A stretch of 64,000 bases of DNA. Source: Candidatus Azophilus sp. Its GTDB lineage: Bacteria; Pseudomonadota; Gammaproteobacteria; Pseudomonadales; Azotimanducaceae. Made by a program: the position numbers and the translations under genes. Where the stretch lies: the NCBI GenBank assembly GCA_965220425.1, contig OZ244830.1:2488468-2552467 (forward strand). Direction: 5' to 3'. This document shows, in pieces, positions 34,441 through 43,808 of this stretch. The notes beneath the pieces are model-generated. The model worked only from the letters and a program-made list of their open reading frames with translations. It was not told the origin of the DNA and searched no databases. The stretch's first letter is position 1. Every line of letters begins with the position of its first letter.

Positions 34441-36183
34441 ATGACGGATCGTTTGTCTCTTTTGCGTTGGATGGCGGCGGGCGTGATCGGGTTCGGCGCG
34501 ATGGCCGGTTGCGAAAGCGGGATTGATGAGGCTCCGCCGGCGGTGGCCCCGGCCTCGGCGTGGGAGCGCTTCACCGACGAGTTCATCGAGCGGCACTTCG
34601 ATGCGTCCCCCACCGCGGGGGTTTGGGCCGGGCGCCACGAATACGACGGGCGGTTGCCGGACGTCGGCGCCGAAGCGATCGGGCGGCGCGCCGCAATGCT
34701 TCGAGGTTTTGCCGAGAGGGCCGGGGAAGCGTTTTCCGCGGAGGTACTCAGCGGCGGTGAAGAACTGGAACGGCAGCATCTGATCGCGGCGATAGACGGC
34801 ATGCTGTTCGGCGTGGAAGTGGCCGAATACCACCGGCGCAACCCGGCCTGGTATGCGGGGACGGTCAGCCCCAGCGTGTACGTATCGCGCGACTACGCTC
34901 CGAAAGACGTGCGCCTGAGGGCTCTTGCCGCCTACCTGCGGAGCCTGCCGGGCTACCTGGGGCAGATGCGCGAAACGCTTGAGCCGCCGTTCCCGCGTCC
35001 CTTCGTGCGTTCGGCTCTGGTCAGATTCGGCGGATTGGCGTCGCATCTCGAGAACGATGCGCCGGCGCTGTTTGCCGAGGTCGGGGACGAGGCGGCGCAG
35101 AGGGCGTTTGTCGCGGCCCGGGAGCCGGCCGTTGCCGCCCTGCGGGATGTCGAAGCCTGGCTGAGGCTGCGGCTGGAAGACGCCTCGGATGAATTCGCCC
35201 TGGGCGAGGAGCGCTACCGTGAGTTGCTCTGGCGCGTATACCGGGTCGATCTGAACTGGCAGGCGCTGAAAGCAGTGGCCGAGGCCGATCTGGAACGGAA
35301 TCTGGCGTTGCTGCGGGCGACCTGTGCATCCGTCGACCCCGGTCTCGCCATCGCGGACTGTGCCGCGCGGGTGCGCGACGACAAGCCCGAGGCGGGCGCC
35401 GTTGCCCGGGCCAACGAGCAGTTGCCCGAACTCAAGGCGTTTCTGCTGGCCGCCGATATCATCGGCATCCCGAGCGGGGAGACGGCCTACGTGGCCGAGG
35501 CGCCCGCCTATCGCCGCACCAATTCGGCCTACATCGAGATCCCCGGCCCCTATGAGCAGGGGCTGCCTGCCGTCTACTACATCGCCGGCCCGGACCCGGA
35601 ATGGCCGGCCGACGTACAGCGCCAGTATGTGCCTGGCGAGGCAGACCTGTTGAACACCTCGGTGCACGAGGTATGGCCGGGGCACTTCCTGCACTCGCTG
35701 TACAACAAGCGCTCGAACAACCGGGTGGGCAAGGTGCTCAGAAACGGGATGCTGAACGAAGGCTGGGCGCACTATGCCGAGGAGCTGATGCAGGAGGCCG
35801 GATTGGGCGAAGGACGGCCGCTCGTTCGCGTCGGCCAGATCCTCGATGCCCTGATGCGCGACGTGCGGTTCCTGTCGTCCATCGGCCTGCACGTGGAGGG
35901 GATGAGCGTCGGCACGTCGCGGCAAATGTTCTCGGAACTGGCCTTTCTCGACCCCGGCAACGCCGAGCAGCAGGCACTGCGGGGAACCTACGACCCCGGC
36001 TATTTCGCCTATACGGTGGGAAAACTCATCATCGTGAAAATGCGCGAGGACTGGACCGCCGGCCGCGGCGGACGGGCCGCTTGGAAGGAGTTCCACGAAA
36101 CGCTGTTGTCGCACGGCAGCGCGCCGCTCCCGGTACTCCGCCAGGCGATGATGGGCCCCGACGACCCCGGCCCGCTCCTTTAG
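34441..36183 (+). CDS. DUF885 family protein, lipoprotein
   Basis: Lipobox FGAMAGCES. DUF885 blocks: HEVWPGHFLH and NEGWAHYAEELM. Confidence 0.85.
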   Translation: MTDRLSLLRWMAAGVIGFGAMAGCESGIDEAPPAVAPASAWERFTDEFIERHFDASPTAGVWAGRHEYDGRLPDVGAEAIGRRAAMLRGFAERAGEAFSAEVLSGGEELERQHLIAAIDGMLFGVEVAEYHRRNPAWYAGTVSPSVYVSRDYAPKDVRLRALAAYLRSLPGYLGQMRETLEPPFPRPFVRSALVRFGGLASHLENDAPALFAEVGDEAAQRAFVAAREPAVAALRDVEAWLRLRLEDASDEFALGEERYRELLWRVYRVDLNWQALKAVAEADLERNLALLRATCASVDPGLAIADCAARVRDDKPEAGAVARANEQLPELKAFLLAADIIGIPSGETAYVAEAPAYRRTNSAYIEIPGPYEQGLPAVYYIAGPDPEWPADVQRQYVPGEADLLNTSVHEVWPGHFLHSLYNKRSNNRVGKVLRNGMLNEGWAHYAEELMQEAGLGEGRPLVRVGQILDALMRDVRFLSSIGLHVEGMSVGTSRQMFSELAFLDPGNAEQQALRGTYDPGYFAYTVGKLIIVKMREDWTAGRGGRAAWKEFHETLLSHGSAPLPVLRQAMMGPDDPGPLL

Positions 36184-36352
36184 GTGGAAACCCCCGCCGA
36201 ATGAACGCGGCGCCCAGCCGTGGATGTACAGGGACCAACAGTCGTTCCACGGAAGAGAGCGGCGAACCACGCCCAACGTCTGCGTCCGGGCGCCTGTCGT
36301 ATGGCGTTCGCGCTTCGGGTAACCTGCGCGGCGACGCGATACTGGAACAGGG

Positions 36353-37291
36353 ATGATGCGCAAAGTCTTGCCGATGAGTTGCTGGCTGCTCGGTTGTTCG
36401 GCGGCATACGCGGACAACCGGCTGACCCTGGATGAGATGCTGGCGGCCTTCGGTTGGAATTTCGACACGGCGGTTGTCGAGGCGCAGGAAATCGGCGACG
36501 GCCTCCATGTGCTGTTCGGGCCGGGCGGCAACGTCGCTGCCAGCATCGGCGAGGACGGGGTGCTGATCGTCGACGATCAGTTTCCGCAGATGATTCCCAA
36601 GATCGAAGCCAAGATCGCTGAACTCGGCGGCGGCGCCATCGACTTCGCCGTCAATACCCACTGGCACTTCGACCACGCGGACGGCAACCTGGCCTTGGGT
36701 CCGAGGGGCGTCTGGGTGGTTTCCCAGGGGAATTCGAGGGCCATGATGGCGGATTCCCACGTCATCGATCTGGTTGCCATGCAGTACGAACAACAGCCGT
36801 ATCCGGAAAACGCCCGGCCCGCCATCACCTACGACGATCGCATGCAGTTCCACTTCAACGGCGAGCGCATCGACCTGCTGCACTTTGGCCCGGCACATAC
36901 CACGGGCGATACGGCGGTCGTCTTTCGGGGCGGCAATGCGGTTCATCTGGGCGATGTGTTCAACAACACCGGCTATCCTTTTATCGATGCCGGCAACGGC
37001 GGCGACCTCGACGGCATGATCCGGTTCTGCTCGGCCGTGCTGGCTGAAATCGACGCGAAAACCAGGGTGATCCCGGGACATGGCGCGGTTTCGGACTATC
37101 GGGGCCTGGCAGACTACATCGACATGCTGTCGACGGTCCGCGACCGCATCGCCGGGCTGATCGCGGATGGCGCCGACTTCGAGGCGGTCGTTGCCGCCAG
37201 GCCCACCGCTGAATTCGATGAGCGATACGGCGACCCGGCGCTACTGGTCAACCGCGCGTTCGCAAGCCTTACCCGCGCCGCCGAACAATAG
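36353..37291 (+). CDS. MBL-fold metallo-hydrolase, secreted
   Basis: It has a signal peptide, the HWHFDHADGN motif (HxHxDH), and later GHG. Confidence 0.9.
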   Translation: MMRKVLPMSCWLLGCSAAYADNRLTLDEMLAAFGWNFDTAVVEAQEIGDGLHVLFGPGGNVAASIGEDGVLIVDDQFPQMIPKIEAKIAELGGGAIDFAVNTHWHFDHADGNLALGPRGVWVVSQGNSRAMMADSHVIDLVAMQYEQQPYPENARPAITYDDRMQFHFNGERIDLLHFGPAHTTGDTAVVFRGGNAVHLGDVFNNTGYPFIDAGNGGDLDGMIRFCSAVLAEIDAKTRVIPGHGAVSDYRGLADYIDMLSTVRDRIAGLIADGADFEAVVAARPTAEFDERYGDPALLVNRAFASLTRAAEQ

Positions 37292-37505
37292 CCACGTTCC
37301 AGGCCCGTTCAGCGTGCCTCGGCTTGAGGCGCCGCTGGCCCGGTGCGTTCGCCGGCGGGCCGCGGCCGCGGCGTACGCGGACGGGAACGGGAGCGCGCAA
37401 CCGCGGATGAACGGGCATCTCAAGAGGAGATCGATGCGCAACATTGCGTGTTCGCCGATCTTCGCCCGTCCTGTCGCTGGAAGACCGCGTGTTCGTGGAA
37501 AACGT

Positions 37506-39281
37506 CTACCGCAGTTCTTCGATGAGCCGACCCGGCGCCTCGATATGTTTCGCCCGCAGATACTCGCCGAGGGACTTTGCCTGTTTGTCCAAGCGGTTAT
37601 TTGACACGGCGCCTGTCCCCAGAATGCCGTTGATAGTGAAGTTCATTGCCCGCAGGTTCGGCATGTCGTGGCGTTCCACTTCGTAGGGGGCCATGTCCGG
37701 CAGCAGCCGCTTGAACTCGTCGACCGTGAGGTAATCGTGCAGAAAACCGTAGGCATCGTCGCTGCGCGCCCAGACGCCGCAGTTTGCGTTGCCGCCCTTG
37801 TCTCCCGACCGGGTTCCGAACAGGCGCCCGAACGGAATGCGGGCCGTTGAGCCTTGAGGGCGCGGAGGGATAGCTACGGGCGGCTGCTGGTAATAGATCT
37901 CTTCCAGCCCCAGGCGCTGGGTGGGCAGCACTTCGGCGTCCTTGCCGTCGACGTGCACCCGTTCGGCGACCTTGCCGCTGTCGATGAGCGCGGGCCAGTG
38001 GACGATGGCCGGAGCGCCGTTGAAACCGCCGCGGCCGAGGCCTGCATTGCCCGGAATGCCGGCAAGCCCCAGCTCGATGACCTTGGCGCGGAACAGGCGG
38101 CCCACCTTCTTCGGGTCGGCAGAGGTCACCGTGATGCGCAGGATGGCATGGGCCTCCTCGTTGCTGTCGGGGTCGTCCTTGTCGGTGCGCGCGAGCTGTA
38201 TGTCCACCTCGTCGAACTGGTCCCTGCCACCGAGGTTGTGGAATATCTGGTCGATGTGGATCTCCGCTTTCTTCTCGATATCGAGGCCGGTGAGCAGCAC
38301 TTCGACACTCTGCTTGCACGGGCCGAGCGTGTTGAAGCAGACCTTGTGCTCAGGCGGCGGGCTGCTGCCCCGGCAGCCGCTGACCCGTACCCGGTCCTGG
38401 CCGGCCTGCTCGATGTCGATGGTGTCGAAATGTGCGACGACATCGGGGTTGCAATAAGCCGGGGTGGAGATTTCATAGAGAAGCTGGGCCGTCACCGTAC
38501 CGACGGAAACCAGGCCCCCGGTGCCGGGATGCTTGGTGACGGTAAAGCTGCCGTCCGCCTCGACCTCGGCAATGGGATAGCCGACGCCGCGGAAAGTCGG
38601 CACCTCCTCGAAGAAGGAATAGTTGCCGCCGCAGCACTGGGCGCCGCATTCGATGATATGGCCGGCGGCCAGCGCCCCGGCCAGGGCATCGTAGTCATTG
38701 CGGCGCCAGTTGAATTTCCAGGCCGCGGGGCCGATGACCAGCGCGGCATCGGTGACGCGGGGGCAGATGACGATGTCGGCGCCCCGGTCCAGCGCTTCCT
38801 TGATGCCCCAACCGCCGAAGTAGACATTGGCCGTCAGCACGTCCTGGTGCGCTTCATGCAGTGCCATGCCGGTATCGAGGTTGGTGAATGCCTCTCCCTG
38901 GCGTTGCAGGCTGTCGAGTTCGTCGAGCAAGCCGTCGCCGTCGATGTAGGCCACCTTGGCGGGCACGCCGAGTTCCGCAAGAATCTTCTCGATTTCCCCG
39001 GCCATGCCCTTGGGGTTCAGGCCCCCGGCATTGGAGACGATCTTGATACCCCGCTCGTAGCACGTAGCGGCGACATCCCGTACCTGCTTCAGGAAGGTGC
39101 CGACGTAGCCGAGGTGCGCGCCCCGGGTCTGCACCTGGTTGTAGAGGATCGACATGGTCAGCTCGGCAAGGTAGTCGCCGGTCAGGACATCGATGGGGCC
39201 GCCGTCCACCAGTTCACGGGCGGCGGCCAGGCGGTCGCCGTAATAACCGCTGCAGTTGCCGATGCGGATTGTCTCGCTCAT
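37506..39281 (-). CDS. AtuA-like acyclic terpene utilisation protein (DUF1446)
   Basis: MSETIRIGNCSGYYGDRLAAARELVDGGPIDVLTGDYLAELTM is the characteristic DUF1446 N-terminus. The ATG overlaps the upstream stop (ATGA). Confidence 0.85.
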   Translation of the reverse strand: MSETIRIGNCSGYYGDRLAAARELVDGGPIDVLTGDYLAELTMSILYNQVQTRGAHLGYVGTFLKQVRDVAATCYERGIKIVSNAGGLNPKGMAGEIEKILAELGVPAKVAYIDGDGLLDELDSLQRQGEAFTNLDTGMALHEAHQDVLTANVYFGGWGIKEALDRGADIVICPRVTDAALVIGPAAWKFNWRRNDYDALAGALAAGHIIECGAQCCGGNYSFFEEVPTFRGVGYPIAEVEADGSFTVTKHPGTGGLVSVGTVTAQLLYEISTPAYCNPDVVAHFDTIDIEQAGQDRVRVSGCRGSSPPPEHKVCFNTLGPCKQSVEVLLTGLDIEKKAEIHIDQIFHNLGGRDQFDEVDIQLARTDKDDPDSNEEAHAILRITVTSADPKKVGRLFRAKVIELGLAGIPGNAGLGRGGFNGAPAIVHWPALIDSGKVAERVHVDGKDAEVLPTQRLGLEEIYYQQPPVAIPPRPQGSTARIPFGRLFGTRSGDKGGNANCGVWARSDDAYGFLHDYLTVDEFKRLLPDMAPYEVERHDMPNLRAMNFTINGILGTGAVSNNRLDKQAKSLGEYLRAKHIEAPGRLIEELR

Positions 39282-40069
39282 GATGTTCCCTCTTTCCGGC
39301 CCTGGGCCCAGGCGGGCGCGCGCTTCTCGCGGAAGGCGGCCATGCCTTCGGCGGCTTCCTCGCCATTGAACATGCGTGCGCTCCACGCAGTAGTTTCCTT
39401 GAATCCGTCCGCGATCGACAATTCCGGGACGCGCCGCACGAGTTTCTTGCACTCCGCCACGGCCTTGGGGGCGCCGAGGGCGATCATGCCGATCTCCTCC
39501 TGCACGGCGTCGGCCAGGCTGTCTTTGGGGACGGCCCGGTGCGCAAGCCCCATTTCCACGGCGCGCGCTCCGCTGAAGCGCTCTCCGGTGAGGAACAGCT
39601 TCATGCCGTGATGGGCGCCGAACTTGCGCAGGCAAACCACGGAAATGACCGCCGGGATCACGCCGATGCGCACTTCGCTGAAGCTGAACGGCGCATCCTC
39701 GACGCAGACGGCGATGTCCGCTGCCGCCACCAGGCCCAGTCCGCCGGCGAAGGCAGCGCCGTTGACGGCGGCAATGACCGGCTTGGGGCTTTCCAGGATG
39801 CCGGTCAGCACATCGGGGTAGGGAACCGCCATGGCTCCGGGAGCGGCGCGGCCGGGCGGATTCTTGAGATCGGCGCCGGCACAGAAGGCGGTGCCGTTGC
39901 CGGTGATGACGATCGACCGCGCGGCATCGTCCGCATTGGCGGCTGCGAGATGGTCGTAGAGTTCCGATACCAGGACGTTGGAGAGCGCATTGCGCCGCTC
40001 GGGCCGGTTCAGGGTGATCCAGGCGGCGCCTTTCTTCACTGCATACAAAGTCGCTTCCGTACCGCCCAT
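39278..40069 (-). CDS. enoyl-CoA hydratase (AtuE/LiuC-like)
   Basis: Motifs: WITLNRPERRNALS, FCAGADL, VNGAAFAGGLGL. The start is ATG 40069. Confidence 0.85.
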   Translation of the reverse strand: MGGTEATLYAVKKGAAWITLNRPERRNALSNVLVSELYDHLAAANADDAARSIVITGNGTAFCAGADLKNPPGRAAPGAMAVPYPDVLTGILESPKPVIAAVNGAAFAGGLGLVAAADIAVCVEDAPFSFSEVRIGVIPAVISVVCLRKFGAHHGMKLFLTGERFSGARAVEMGLAHRAVPKDSLADAVQEEIGMIALGAPKAVAECKKLVRRVPELSIADGFKETTAWSARMFNGEEAAEGMAAFREKRAPAWAQGRKEGTS

Positions 40070-40171
40070 GTCATGAACCTCCCGTTTCCATCCTTCCGCG
40101 TCCGCAGGCGATGCAGGATGTGGTTGCCGCGCCGGCAAGCTATCCGCGGCGCTGGTCTCCTCTCAAACCGG

Positions 40172-42154
40172 TTACGATTCCAGCAGCGTCACCAGCAACT
40201 GTCCGTTTTCCACCTGGTCGCCCACCGCCACGCACAGTTCGCCGACGGTCCCGTTCCGGGGCGCGGTGATCCGGTGTTCCATCTTCATCGCTTCCAGAAT
40301 CAGCAGCAGTTGTCCCTTGGTCACCGTGTCGCCCGCGCTCACTTCGGTGGCGAGCACGGCGCCCGGCATGGGCGCGAGCAGGCCCCCGTCCTGGTCGTGC
40401 AGGCCGGGGACAGGGTAGCGGGGTTGCTGCCGCAATTCGATACCGCCCCGGCGGCCGTGCACGAGCCAGCGTTCGCCGTGCCGGCCGACGGCGAACGCGA
40501 AGCGCCGGCCGTCGATATCCAGGTCGACCTTGCCGGCTCCGCAGGCGAAGGCAGTGACCAGCAGCTCGTCCTCGTCGGCGATAACCTCGAACTTGCCGTC
40601 CCGGCGCGACCGGTATTCGATGCGCAGGTCGTCGCCGCCGACTTTGAAATCCATTCGCTCCATCGGCATCGTGGAATTGCGCCAGCCGCTCGGTACAGAC
40701 CGGAAAACCCTGGCATTCGCGCGCCGCCGAGCCTGGCCTTCCAGCGCCGCCGCCACGGCGGCATCGATTTGTTCGCCCCGGGTGAGGGCCCGGCCGCGGC
40801 ACGGATTCACCCGGTCGATGAAGTCGGTGGTGGTGTCGCCGGCCAGGAACTCGGGCGTGCGCAGTACCGAGACGAGAAAGTCGCGGTTGGTCGTGAGCCC
40901 CTGGATTCGCGTGGTTTCCAGAGCCCTTGCCAACCGGGCGGCGGCTTCGCGGCGCGTCGGCGCATGGGCGATGACCTTGGCGATCAGGGGATCGAACTCG
41001 GTAGTGATGCGGCTGCCGCTCTCGACTCCGGAATCGAAACGCACTCCGCTGCCGGAAGCGGGCTCCCAGGCCGCCACCGTGCCGGGAGAAGGCAGAAAGC
41101 CGTTCTCGGGGTCTTCCGCGTACAGGCGCGCTTCGATGGCGTGGCCGCCGATGGACAGGTCGCCCTGGGTGAATGAGAGGGTTTCGCCTTCGGCGATGCG
41201 AATCTGCTCGCGCACCAGGTCGTGCCCTATGATTTCCTCGGTGACGGGATGTTCCACCTGCAGGCGGGCGTTGACTTCCAGGAACCAGAACTCGTCGCCG
41301 CTCACCAGAAACTCGACCGTACCGGCGGAGCTGTAGCCCATTTTCCGCGCGGCGGCAAGTGCCGCCTCGCCCATGCGCCGTCGCATGGCCGGATCGACGG
41401 CGGGCGAGGGCGCTTCCTCGATGATCTTCTGGTGCCGCCGTTGAATCGAGCACTCCCGTTCGAAACAATGCACCAGGTTGCCGTGGCCATCGCCGACGAT
41501 CTGTATTTCCACGTGGCGGGAATGCTCCAGCCACTTCTCCAGGAAGACGGTGTCGTCGCCGAAGGACGCGGCCGCTTCGCGCCGGGCGCCGGCGATCGCA
41601 TCGGCCAGGCCGCCGCGCCGTTCGACAACTCGCATGCCGCGCCCGCCCCCGCCGGCCACGGCCTTGACCAGGACCGGGTAGCCGATCTGCTCGGCGGCAG
41701 CGGCAACGTCGGCGCCGGCATCGATCTCGACGGCGGGCAGGGTGGGTACGCCCGCCTCGCCCATGAGCCGTTTGGCGGACAGCTTGTCGCCCATCAGCCC
41801 GATAACCCGGGGGGACGGGCCGATCCAGCGTAACCCCGCGTCCAGCACGGCCTGGGCGAAGCGCTCGTTCTCGGACAGGAACCCGTAGCCCGGGTGCACG
41901 GCCTCTGCGCCGCTGCGCCGACAGGCATCGAGCACCTTGTCGATATCGAGGTAGCTTTCCGCCGTCGTGCGGCCGTCCAGCGCGATGGCCACATCCGCGT
42001 CCTGGACGAACGGCGCATCGACATCGCCTTGCGCATGGATCGCCACGGTCGAGATACCGAGTTCGTGGGCCGTGCGGATAATCCTGCGGGCGATCTCGCC
42101 CCGATTGGCGATCAAGAGGGTGGATATCGGGTCGATGGGCGCTACATCCGCCAT
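40172..42154 (-). CDS. biotin carboxylase / biotin carboxyl carrier alpha subunit of an acyl-CoA carboxylase (AtuF/LiuD-like)
   Basis: It has ATP-grasp biotin carboxylase blocks (LLIANRGEIARRIIRTA, VKAVAGGGGRGMR, ECSIQRRHQK). The C-terminal biotinyl site is EAMKMEH. The start is ATG 42154. Confidence 0.9.
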   Translation of the reverse strand: MADVAPIDPISTLLIANRGEIARRIIRTAHELGISTVAIHAQGDVDAPFVQDADVAIALDGRTTAESYLDIDKVLDACRRSGAEAVHPGYGFLSENERFAQAVLDAGLRWIGPSPRVIGLMGDKLSAKRLMGEAGVPTLPAVEIDAGADVAAAAEQIGYPVLVKAVAGGGGRGMRVVERRGGLADAIAGARREAAASFGDDTVFLEKWLEHSRHVEIQIVGDGHGNLVHCFERECSIQRRHQKIIEEAPSPAVDPAMRRRMGEAALAAARKMGYSSAGTVEFLVSGDEFWFLEVNARLQVEHPVTEEIIGHDLVREQIRIAEGETLSFTQGDLSIGGHAIEARLYAEDPENGFLPSPGTVAAWEPASGSGVRFDSGVESGSRITTEFDPLIAKVIAHAPTRREAAARLARALETTRIQGLTTNRDFLVSVLRTPEFLAGDTTTDFIDRVNPCRGRALTRGEQIDAAVAAALEGQARRRANARVFRSVPSGWRNSTMPMERMDFKVGGDDLRIEYRSRRDGKFEVIADEDELLVTAFACGAGKVDLDIDGRRFAFAVGRHGERWLVHGRRGGIELRQQPRYPVPGLHDQDGGLLAPMPGAVLATEVSAGDTVTKGQLLLILEAMKMEHRITAPRNGTVGELCVAVGDQVENGQLLVTLLES

Positions 42155-43773
42155 GTGCCGAACTCCTTGGTGCCCTGCACCCTGTTGTTGCAGCAGGCCG
42201 ACAGGGACATGGCAACCACGATGCGGGTGTCCCGGGGGTCGATCATGCCGTCGTCCGAGACCCTGGAAGTCGCGTACAGCCCCTTGGAGCGTTCTTCCGC
42301 CCAGTGTTCGACCACCGCCGCGCGTTTGGCATCGGCTTCCGCGTCGAATTCCAGGCCGCGCCTGGTTGCAGCGGCGCGCCCGACGATGCTCATCACCCCC
42401 GCCATCTGTTTCGGCCCCATCACCGCGATCTTCGCGAAGGGCCAGATGTAGGTGAACCGCGGCCCGTAGGCGCGCCCGCTCATCCCGTAGTTGCCCGCCC
42501 CGTACGAAGCGCCGGCGATGACGGTGATGTGCGGCACCGTCGAGTTGGACACGGCGTTGATCATCTTCGAGCCGTTCTTGGTGATGCCGCCCTGCTCGAA
42601 GTCCGTTCCGACGATGTAGCCGGTGATGTTGTGCAGGAACAGCAACGGGACATCGATCTGGTTGCATAACTGGATGAACTGGGCCGCTTTCTCGGACGAT
42701 TCGGAGAGCAGCGCGCCGTTGTTGCCCAGAATGCCGAGCCGGTAGCCGTGGATGCCGGCCCATCCGCAAACGAGCGTCGGGCCGTAGAGGGGTTTGAATT
42801 CCTCGAACCGGGAGCCGTCGACGATGCGGGCGATGACCTCGCGCATGTCGAAGGGCGTGCGCAGGTCCCTGGTGACGATACCGAGCAGTTCTTCCGGGGC
42901 GTGCACGGGCTCGTCGAAATCGGGATTCGGTTCCGGGCCGAGCTTGCGCCAGTTGAGATGCGCCACCACTTCCCGGCACATGCGAATGCCGTCCATTTCG
43001 TCCCGGGCCAGGTAGTCGCCCAGGCCTGAGACGCGGGTGTGCATGTCGCCGCCCCCCAGGCTCTCTTCGTCGGCGTCCTCGCCGGTCGCCATCTTCACCA
43101 GGGGCGGTCCGCCGAGAAACACGCGCGACTGGTTCTTCACGAAGATGTTGTAGTCGCTCATGCCGGGCTGGTAGGCGCCGCCGGCGGTCGAGGCGCCGAA
43201 TACGAGGGAGACGGTGGGTATGCGCAGCCTGGAAAGCTCGGTGATCTCGTAGAAAAGCCGCCCCGACTCGGCGAAATGGTCCACTTCCCGGCGAATGGAC
43301 GCCTCCGGGTCGCCGCCGCCCTGGCCCCTGAGATCGGCGCCGGCGGATTCGACGAACTGCACATAGGGCATGCGGTTGATGCGGGCGATCTCCAGCCCGC
43401 GCATCAGCTTCTTCGCGTTGAACGGGTTGAAGGCGCCGGCGCGCACCGACGGGTCATGGCCGAGAACGACGCATTCCACGCCTTCGATGACGCCGATGCC
43501 CACCACGAACCCGGACCCCACCGTATAGTTCGAACGCCAGGCCGCCAGGGGGCTGATCTCCAGGAATGGCGAGTCCCGGTCCAGCACGTACGCAATGCGC
43601 TCGCGAATCGGCATCTTGTTGCGCGAGGCCAGCCGGGCCATGGCTTCGGGTCCGCCGCCTTCCGCCGCCCGGTCGAGCAGCGCCTGGATCTCGTCCAGTG
43701 CTTCCAGCATGTCGGCCCGGTTGCGCTGAAACGCCTCGCCGCGCACGTCGAGTTTCGATTCCAGTACCGGCAT
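42142..43773 (-). CDS. carboxyltransferase beta subunit (AtuC/LiuB-like)
   Basis: 543 aa with carboxyl transferase domain blocks (GGGPEAMARLASRNKMPIRERI, VSLVFGASTAGGAY, AWPFAKIAVMGP). Confidence 0.9.
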   Translation of the reverse strand: MPVLESKLDVRGEAFQRNRADMLEALDEIQALLDRAAEGGGPEAMARLASRNKMPIRERIAYVLDRDSPFLEISPLAAWRSNYTVGSGFVVGIGVIEGVECVVLGHDPSVRAGAFNPFNAKKLMRGLEIARINRMPYVQFVESAGADLRGQGGGDPEASIRREVDHFAESGRLFYEITELSRLRIPTVSLVFGASTAGGAYQPGMSDYNIFVKNQSRVFLGGPPLVKMATGEDADEESLGGGDMHTRVSGLGDYLARDEMDGIRMCREVVAHLNWRKLGPEPNPDFDEPVHAPEELLGIVTRDLRTPFDMREVIARIVDGSRFEEFKPLYGPTLVCGWAGIHGYRLGILGNNGALLSESSEKAAQFIQLCNQIDVPLLFLHNITGYIVGTDFEQGGITKNGSKMINAVSNSTVPHITVIAGASYGAGNYGMSGRAYGPRFTYIWPFAKIAVMGPKQMAGVMSIVGRAAATRRGLEFDAEADAKRAAVVEHWAEERSKGLYATSRVSDDGMIDPRDTRIVVAMSLSACCNNRVQGTKEFGTWRM

Positions 43774-43808
43774 TGTCTCCTTTCCGGCAGCGACGAACCG
43801 CCGGGATA

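Noticed and set aside
34090-36546. 818-aa minus-strand ORF.
   Set aside because: It is antisense to the well-supported DUF885 gene and runs across two intergenic regions. Its composition is low-complexity R/P/G.
40140-42215. 691-aa and other long alternative-frame ORFs over the biotin carboxylase gene. Also the 935-aa ORF 40172..42979 as a single protein.
   Set aside because: The out-of-frame products are arginine- and proline-rich nonsense. The 935-aa ORF is the carboxylase alpha subunit extended upstream through the 3' end of the carboxyltransferase gene. The real start is ATG 42154, directly before the conserved LLIANRGEIA block.
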